In this document: positions 55,175 through 64,000 of the stretch, one piece after another | Position numbering within the stretch: the first letter of the stretch is position 1 | How the letters are laid out: the number at the start of each line of letters is the position of its first letter | NCBI GenBank assembly: GCA_964016885.1 | Contig: OZ024740.1 | Span: 304,606,001 to 304,670,000, forward strand | Reading direction: 5' to 3' | Origin: Eledone cirrhosa | Lineage: Eukaryota | DNA length: 64,000 nucleotides | Notes under the pieces: generated by a model | The model's input: the letters and a program-made list of their open reading frames with translations, nothing else | What the model was told of the DNA's origin: nothing | Database searches by the model: none | Program-made: the position numbers and the translations under genes

Positions 55175-55378
55175 CACTTTAGCATTCACATTACTCTATA
55201 TATACTATTATATTTTCATGGTAAAGGCTTTACCTCACATATCGAATCTATGAGATTTTGAAAGTATTTATTTTGAGAACAATACCTTAACATCAGTTTG
55301 AGCGACCAGTTACATCCAGTTTCAACAGAAAAGGGTAGAGAATTCTGGCTGGTTTTGGCCGGTTTGAATATTAAAGGG
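55175..55378. mobile_element. piggyBac-like MITE (family of 29885-30101, inverted)
   Basis: TTAA|CACTTTAGCATTC...GAATATTAAAGGG|TTAA. Confidence 0.72.
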
Positions 55379-55714
55379 TTAATTCCACCACATGACCCTT
55401 TGGTGCTTTTAGAAAAATACATTCTGTTGCAAGTATTTAGGCAAGCTCTCTGATTTGATAACTTATTCTCCTCCTTCTATCAGTCTTGGAGGCCCCAAGA
55501 GGAGTCATTGAGGCTGTCCTCATAAAGTCTGGTAAAAATAATAAAACATTCTCCAAAGAAATTCATAGTTAAGCTTTTTCTTATTTGTTAATCCAGCTTT
55601 TGGGAGATATTTAGTGATTACTGAGATTAGCAATGTTGCTAATCAATAACAAAGGTATTGCAATTTTAACATTCCTTTTAACTTGATATATTATGTTGGA
55701 GTTGTTGAGGGGCA

Positions 55715-55920
55715 AGGGATTGGTAATTGTGTTAAAGCATCAAATGAATGTTTAACAATATTTTTTCTGGTTCTTTACATTCTGAGTTCAAATCCCACCA
55801 TCAGCTTTGCCTTTCATCCTTCCAGGATCGCTAAAATAAAGCATAAGCCAAGTAGTGGGATCAATATAATCAACTTCACCTTCTTCCAAAATTGCTGGAT
55901 TTGTGATAAAATTAGAAATC
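55715..55920 (+). mobile_element. Nin/Deu-domain-like SINE, degraded
   Basis: ctgagttcaaatccc...agctttgcctttcatccttccaggatcgctaaaataaa. Confidence 0.62.
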
Positions 55921-56479
55921 CTTATTTCGGAGTTGTACTTGTCTAGAAAGTGACTTGATCTAACACAATGGGTTGAAACTAAAACAATTACTGCATGGAA
56001 AAGTTATGGAACTGTGTCAGTGACCAGGTCACAGAGAGAGTGAAGAAAATTTTGACTCCAAAGAATAGATGATATATAAAAAGTAAAAAAAATATTTATT
56101 ATACTATCAACTTCCATCATATACAATTATAGGCATGTATCCTGGAGTTTCACAACTGCTGTAAGTATATTTGTGGCTACTAAAATATATTTCAAGACTT
56201 TAAGATTATTGTGGGGCTAGGGTGGTGGAAGTGCAGGGGAGGTCTTGCCGGAAGCGAGAGACCTTTCAGCTTCTTTTTTTGTCTGAAAGCGTGTGACGTG
56301 TGTGTCCATGGCTGCCATGATTGAGTGTTGCTATATTCTTTGGCCGGACATAAAACAGGTGAACATCCATGTAGGGAGATTCAGTTCAGATACATGTGAA
56401 GACGCAAAAATAGTTCAGATACATGTGAAGACGCAAAAAATTATTTTCCAGATTAACCTTATCTTAAAAGTGTATATTT

Positions 56480-56528
<49 letters not shown>

Positions 56529-56713
56529 TCTGAAGACAGCATATATATGTGTAGGTATGTATATTCCCTCTGATAGTTTGTAAAATTTTTACATAGATCT
56601 ATATGATATACATACCAACACACACATATATATCCTAGAAACGATCGTAAAATGATGATTTTTTTAATATAAGGAACTGTTTCTTTGTTTTTATTCATTG
56701 GTTTTATTAATTT

Positions 56714-57002
56714 CATGCAAGCATGGAAGATGGACGTTAAACTATGATGATGATGATGATGATGATAAACCAGCCAGACAGTCCACGCTGTAATGTGGCC
56801 GTGTAGGTAACACGGTAAAAACCTCCCAGCCCCACACTGTAAATGTGGTTGGTGTTAGGAAGGGCATCCAACTGTAGAAAACCCGCCAGACAGTCCTATG
56901 CGAGCAAGACAACCACTCTTGCCTCAAGTGGGAAAACCCCCGTCCAAACCCATGCAAGCGTGGAACACGGACGCTAAACCTGATGATGATGATGATGATG
57001 AT
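56714..57002 (+). mobile_element. Tandem RTE-tailed short retroposons
   Basis: Two catgcaagc.tggaa..ggacg.taaa(GAT)n tails with the aggaagggcatcc core between them. Confidence 0.72.
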
Positions 57003-57947
57003 ATATACAAAATATGGTTCAATTGATTCAATCTCTATTTATTATCACATGTATTCTCAAAGTTTTACAATATGTCCCTGCCATCACCACCATCACCACT
57101 GTTGCGGCCAGCACCAAAAACAAGATCAAATTCTGATGTCAGGTTCTTGGAATTGTAAGCACCTTTGTTGATTTCATTGCAAAATGGGCTGAGTTCCATT
57201 TCTGACCAACTGTAATAAAAAAAAAAAAGATAAAGCTTCAAAGTGAATCAATATGCAGATCTCTCTGACTCCCCACTACATTCTCTCTCTAGATATAAAA
57301 CAACCAGTTTACAGTGTGGACTGGGGCTGGGGCAGGGAGGTGTAAAGGCATGATAAGGATGTGGGTTGAGTGTTAGGGCATGGGCGGTGTATGAAGGGGG
57401 AGAATAGGGGTTATGTACTTATTACTTGTATTTGTAGTGGCTTTCACCTGGGATGGGTTGAGCCAACTCCATCAAAGGAATTCACAGTGTAAGTTCATTT
57501 CAATGGAGTTTCTTCGGGTGATTGGTTTCACAAGCAGTACCCAGCCACAAGTATATGCACTTTAGGATAGTGCAATCCAAACTTTGCATCGGTTATGGCG
57601 CTGAGCTCTCGCTTTCATACCCAACCAATTTAGTAGAGCCAGTGCCGCGATGGGGACGCATGGGAGGGAGTTTGGAGGGCAGAGATGATAAACATATCCT
57701 ATTTGAGCCATTTTGTAGGCCAGCAGGAGCTCACCCCACTGCCCAGCTCAGACATACCAACCCTAGTGGTACATACTAGATGTATGCTTCAACATGTGCA
57801 CATATAGGAAGGTGGATCTTCTCTATTACATAGATACAATATATAGAAGATGCCAGTGATATAATGTATAGATGAGAATATACACATAACATATAAAGAA
57901 TAGAAAAGTATAAAGTATAACATCAATAAGATATCAGTATATTCTGG

Positions 57948-58132
57948 ATTGGCAGTATCGGTAGAGTGTCAGACACCATGCTTTACAGCATAGAGTTATG
58001 GCTCTTTACGTCTTGAGTTCAAATCCCGCCGAGGTTAGCTTTGCCTTTCATCCTTATGGGGGTCGATAAAATAAGGCACCAGTAATGCACTGGGGTAATT
58101 GCTAGCTTTGTGCCCAAAATAGAAACAATTAT
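57948..58132 (+). mobile_element. Nin/Deu-domain-like tRNA SINE
   Basis: ttggcagtatcggtagag head, gagttcaaatcccgccgagg, and ttgcctttcatcct..ggggtcgataaaat. Confidence 0.78.
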
Positions 58133-58337
58133 ATCAACAAGGCTCACTTACTATAGAGCTGTTTTGACATCTGACGTAGTAGACACAGTTGAACTAGCAT
58201 GACTTAGTAACAGAGCACCTACAGAAAGAGATATGTATTTTGTGTTAGTGTAATAATAGGTAATATTAAAGTATTTCTTGTTACTGTAAAACTGAGACAC
58301 TTTTATAGAATTAGCAGTTATTTTGTTGTAGTAACTA

Positions 58338-58475
58338 CTAGCAGAATGGCCCGGCGTTGCTCGGGATTTGCTCTAGGGTTCTTATATATTTGATATATAT
58401 TTATCCTTATCGAGCCTCGTGAAATAAATACATTTGTTTATATTTTGTTATTGTGCATGCAAAAATATCTGTACA

Positions 58476-58518
<43 letters not shown>

Positions 58519-58974
58519 TATATATATTAAAATAACAGATTAAAGTTTTAGCAAAGAATCGCTGCTTTCACCCTTAATGGGATCTTCTGAAACTAAAATA
58601 AAAAAATCAATCTGTGAACGCAGAAGTAAATATTTCGAAAAACGTTACACACTATACATATACACGCACACACACACACAGCTACGTCATAATGTCGTAA
58701 TGCAGACAGCCAGGCATACAGACAGATATTATAAGAGCACAACTTTATATCTATGTATCTATCTAAAAAGAGAAAAACTGAGAGAGAAAGAGATCGCTAA
58801 ATCACCTAATGCGGTCCCTAGGGCATTGAAAATTTGAAATTATTTTTGCTCAGAACACTCCTTGAAACATAAGTATTACATGTGTAAAGTTTGAAAACAA
58901 TCGGCTGGGTGGTTCTCAAGTTTTAGTGATTGGACAGACAGACAGACAGACATTCTTTGTTTTAGATATATAGA
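58338..58974 (-). mobile_element. Non-autonomous Helitron, same family as 36048-37018
   Basis: A|CTAG...cccggcgttgctcggg at the left and tatataga|t at the right. 58700-58915 is the reverse complement of ~36110-36340. Confidence 0.85.
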
Positions 58975-58975
58975 T

Positions 58976-59338
58976 TAGCAGAAAACCGCCCAGCGGGTGG
59001 TTTTCTGCTAGTATATATATATATTACACACACAGAAATGTATATATATTTCTGTGTGTATATATATATATATTACACACACAGAAATGTATATATATTT
59101 CTGTGTGTGTATATATATATATATATTACATACACACAGAAATGTATATATGTTTCTGTAGCACTCCTCAATTCCCCCCTCTCTCCCTCCCGCTATCCCC
59201 CTCTTGTAGTCTGTCTCTTTCTTTCACTCTCACTCTCTCTCTACGCGTGCGCAAAAAACATTCGCACGCGCGCACGTGTTTCCACTGTCGGACAGACAGA
59301 CAAACAGAGAAATTGCTGGTTATATATTATAAGGAGAT
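58976..59338 (-). mobile_element. Additional Helitron-like remnant with a terminal palindrome
   Basis: Palindrome at 58976-59010, and ggacagacagacaaacagag...tatatattataaggaga resembling a reversed Helitron 5' end. Confidence 0.5.
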
Positions 59339-59400
59339 TAGCTGTATTACAGCTGTTTCTTTGTTACATATTACTGTTTTATAAAGTATTTCTATTATAT

Positions 59401-62400
59401 TACCTAGCTACTGTATTACATTGTGATGTCTGTTGTAATCCCTAGCTACTGTATTACAATGTGATGTCTGTTGTAATCCCTAGCTACTGTATTACAATGT
59501 GATGTCTGTTGTAATACCTAGCTACTGTATTACAATGTGATGTCTGTTGTAATACCTAGCTACTGTATTACAATGTGATGTCTGTTGTAATCCCTAGCTA
59601 CTGTATTACAATGTGATGTGTTGTAATCCCTAGCTACTGTATTACAATGTGATGTCTGTTGTAATACCTAGCTACTGTATTACAATGTGATGTCTGTTGT
59701 AATACCTAGCTACTGTATTACAATGTGATGTCTGTTGTAATACCTAGCTACTGTATTACAATGTGATGTCTGTTGTAATACCTAGCTACTGTATTACAAT
59801 GTGATGTCTGTTGTAATCCCTAGCTACTGTATTACAATGTGATGTCTGTTGTAATACCTAGCTACTGTATTACAATGTGATGTCTGTTGTAATACCTAGC
59901 TACTGTATTACATTGTGATGTCTGTTGTAATACCTAGCTACTGTATTACAATGTGATGTCTGTTGTAATCCCTAGCTACTGTATTACAATGTGATGTCTG
60001 TTGTAATACCTAGCTACTGTATTACAATGTGATGTCTGTTGTAATACCTAGCTACTGTATTACAATGTGATGTCTGTTGTAATACCTAGCTACTGTATTA
60101 CAATGTGATGTCTGTTGTAATACCTAGCTACTGTATTACATTGTGATGTCTGTTGTAATACCTAGCTACTGTATTACAATGTGATGTCTGTTGTAATACC
60201 TAGCTACTGTATTACATTGTGATGTCTGTTGTAATACCTAGCTACTGTATTACAATGTGATGTCTGTTGTAATACCTAGCTACTGTATTACATTGTGATG
60301 TCTGTTGTAATACCTAGCTACTGTATTACATTGTGATGTCTGTTGTAATACCTAGCTACTGTATTACAATGTGATGTCTGTTGTAATACCTAGCTACTGT
60401 ATTACAATGTGATGTCTGTTGTAATCCCTAGCTACTGTATTACAATGTGATGTCTGTTGTAATACCTAGCTACTGTATTACAATGTGATGTCTGTTGTAA
60501 TACCTAGCTACTGTATTACAATGTGATGTCTGTTGTAATACCTAGCTACTGTATTACAATGTGATGTCTGTTGTAATACCTAGCTACTGTATTACAATGT
60601 GATGTCTGTTGTAATACCTAGCTACTGTATTACAATGTGATGTCTGTTGTAATACCTAGCTACTGTATTACAATGTGATGTCTGTTGTAATACCTAGCTA
60701 CTGTATTACAATGTGATGTCTGTTGTAATACCTAGCTACTGTATTACAATGTGATGTCTGTTGTAATACCTAGCTACTGTATTACAATGTGATGTCTGTT
60801 GTAATACCTAGCTACTGTATTACAATGTGATGTCTGTTGTAATACCTAGCTACTGTATTACAATGTGATGTCTGTTGTAATACCTAGCTACTGTATTACA
60901 ATGTGATGTATGTTGTAATCCCTAGCTACTGTATTACAATGTGATGTCTGTTGTAATCCCTAGCTACTGTATTACAATGTGATGTGTTGTAATCCCTAGC
61001 TACTGTATTACAATGTGATGTCTGTTGTAATACCCAGCTACTGTATTACAATGTGATGTCTGTTGTAATACCTAGCTACTGTATTACAATGTGATGTCTG
61101 TTGTAATACCTAGCTACTGTATTACAATGTGATGTCTGTTGTAATACCTAGCTACTGTATTACAATGTGATGTCTGTTGTAATACCTAGCTACTGTATTA
61201 CAATGTGATGTCTGTTGTAATCCCTAGCTACTGTATTACAATGTGATGTCTGTTGTAATACCTAGCTACTGTATTACAATGTGATGTCTGTTGTAATACC
61301 TAGCTACTGTATTACATTGTGATGTCTGTTGTAATACCTAGCTACTGTATTACAATGTGATGTCTGTTGTAATACCTAGCTACTGTATTACAATGTGATG
61401 TCTGTTGTAATACCTAGCTACTGTATTACATTGTGATGTCTGTTGTAATACCTAGCTACTGTATTACAATGTGATGTCTGTTGTAATACCTAGCTACTGT
61501 ATTACAATGTGATGTCTGTTGTAATACCTAGCTACTGTATTACAATGTGATGTATGTTGTAATACCTAGCTACTGTATTACAATGTGATGTCTGTTGTAA
61601 TACCTAGCTACTGTATTACAATGTGATGTCTGTTGTAATCCCTAGCTACTGTATTACAATGTGATGTCTGTTGTAATACCTAGCTACTGTATTACAATGT
61701 GATGTCTGTTGTAATCCCTAGCTACTGTATTACAATGTGATGTCTGTTGTAATACCTAGCTACTGTATTACAATGTGATGTCTGTTGTAATACCTAGCTA
61801 CTGTATTACAATGTGATGTCTGTTGTAATAACTAGCTACTGTATTACAATGTGATATCTGTTGTAATCCCTAGCTACTGTATTACAATGTGATGTCTGTT
61901 GTAATACCTAGCTACTGTATTACAATGTGATGTCTGTTGTAATACCTAGCTACTGTATTACAATGTGATGTCTGTTGTAATACCTAGCTACTGTATTACA
62001 ATGTGATGTCTGTTGTAATACCTAGCTACTGTATTACAATGTGATGTCTGTTGTAATACCTAGCTACTGTATTACAATGTGATGTCTGTTGTAATACCTA
62101 GCTACTGTATTACAATGTGATGTCTGTTGTAATCCCTAGCTACTGTATTACAATGTGATGTCTGTTGTAATACCTAGCTACTGTATTACAATGTGATGTC
62201 TGTTGTAATCCCTAGCTACTGTATTACAATGTGATGTCTGTTGTAATACCTAGCTACTGTATTACAATGTGATGTCTGTTGTAATACCTAGCTACTGTAT
62301 TACAATGTGATGTCTGTTGTAATACCTAGCTACTGTATTACAATGTGATGTCTGTTGTAATACCTAGCTACTGTATTACAATGTGATGTCTGTTGTAATA

Positions 62401-64000
62401 CCTAGCTACTGTATTACAATCTGATGTCTGTTGTAATACCTAGCTACTGTATTACAATGTGATGTCTGTTGTAATACCTAGCTACTGTATTACATTGTGA
62501 TGTCTGTTGTAATACCTAGCTACTGTATTACAATGTGATTCTGTTGTAATCCCTAGCTACTGTATTACATTGTGATGTATGTTGTAATACCTAGCTACTG
62601 TATTACAATGTGACGTATGTTGTAATCCCTAGCTACTGTATTACATTGTGATGTCTGTTGTAATACCTAGCTACTGTATTACAATGTGATGTCTGTTGTA
62701 ATACCTAGCTACTGTATTACAATGTGATGTCTGTTGTAATACCTAGCTACTGTATTACATTGTGATGTCTGTTGTAATACCTAGCTACTGTATTACAATG
62801 CGATGTCTGTTGTAATACCTAGCTACTGTATTACAATGTGATGTCTGTTGTAATACCTAGCTACTGTATTACAATGTGATGTATGTTGTAATACCTAGCT
62901 ACTGTATTACAATGTGATGTCTGTTGTAATACCTAGCTACTGTATTACAATGTGATGTCTGTTGTAATCCCTAGCTACTGTATTACAATGTGATGTCTGT
63001 TGTAATACCTAGCTACTGTATTACAATGTGATGTCTGTTGTAATCCCTAGCTACTGTATTACAATGTGATGTCTGTTGTAATACCTAGCTACTGTATTAC
63101 AATGTGATGTCTGTTGTAATACCTAGATACTGTATTACAATGTGATGTCTGTTGTAATACCTAGATACTGTATTACAATGTGATGTCTGTTGTAATAACT
63201 AGCTACTGTATTACAATGTGATGTCTGTTGTAATCCCTAGCTACTGTATTACAATGTGATGTCTGTTGTAATACCTAGCTACTGTATTACAATGTGATGT
63301 CTGTTGTAATACCTAGCTACTGTATTACAATGTGATGTCTGTTGTAATACCTAGCTACTGTATTACAATGTGATGTCTGTTGTAATCCCTAGCTACTGTA
63401 TTACAATGTGATGTCTGTTGTAATACCTAGCTACTGTATTACAATGTGATGTCTGTTGTAATACCTAGCTACTGTATTACATTGTGATGTCTGTTGTAAT
63501 ACCTAGCTACTGTATTACAATGTGATGTCTGTTGTAATCCCTAGCTACTGTATTACAATGTGATGTCTGTTGTAATACCTAGCTACTGTATTACAATGTG
63601 ATGTCTGTTGTAATACCTAGCTACTGTATTACAATGTGATGTCTGTTGTAATACCTAGCTACTGTATTACAATGTGATGTCTGTTGTAATACCTAGCTAC
63701 TGTATTACATTGTGATGTCTGTTGTAATACCTAGCTACTGTATTACAATGTGATGTCTGTTGTAATACCTAGCTACTGTATTACATTGTGATGTCTGTTG
63801 TAATACCTAGCTACTGTATTACAATGTGATGTCTGTTGTAATACCTAGCTACTGTATTACATTGTGATGTCTGTTGTAATACCTAGCTACTGTATTACAT
63901 TGTGATGTCTGTTGTAATACCTAGCTACTGTATTACAATGTGATGTCTGTTGTAATACCTAGCTACTGTATTACAATGTGATGTCTGTTGTAATCCCTAG
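59401..64000. repeat. 38-bp tandem satellite T(A/C)CCTAGCTACTGTATTACA(A/T)TGTGATGTCTGTTGTAA, ~120 units, truncated by the window end
   Basis: Directly visible highly homogeneous array with rare 1-2 bp deletions. Confidence 0.99.

Noticed and set aside
56383-56440. ~30-bp tandem duplication (also ~50 bp at 27818-27935 and ~90 bp at 32735-32900)
   Set aside because: These are isolated local duplications with no further structure.
59401-64000. CRISPR array or coding repeat (38-bp hairpin repeat)
   Set aside because: There are no spacers and no ORFs in any frame.

Overview
AT-rich, repeat-dense eukaryotic DNA; the SINE/LINE repertoire and (GAT)n tails suggest an octopod cephalopod (inference). 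The only supportable host gene is the 3' part of a + strand APLF-like gene: five GT-AG exons (12040-12209, 14057-14379, 16123-16290, 37689-37777, 40018-40163) splice in frame into two tandem PBZ zinc fingers and a DEDSEWEP acidic tail. The ORF track misses the last two exons. A 40-bp satellite (1-12017, ~300 units) runs up to the first acceptor, and a 38-bp satellite fills 59401-64000. The rest is decayed RTE and CR1 LINEs, three SINE types, a Tc1/mariner pseudogene with unusual D-38-D/N spacing, non-autonomous Helitrons, piggyBac-like MITEs, foldback elements and mini/microsatellites. There is no CRISPR array or prokaryotic system, and I cannot claim a proven new system. The most interesting candidate is the intronic satellite, whose every unit mimics a branch point, pyrimidine tract, AG and a nearby GT. 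Boundaries of decayed TE fragments are approximate and read by eye.
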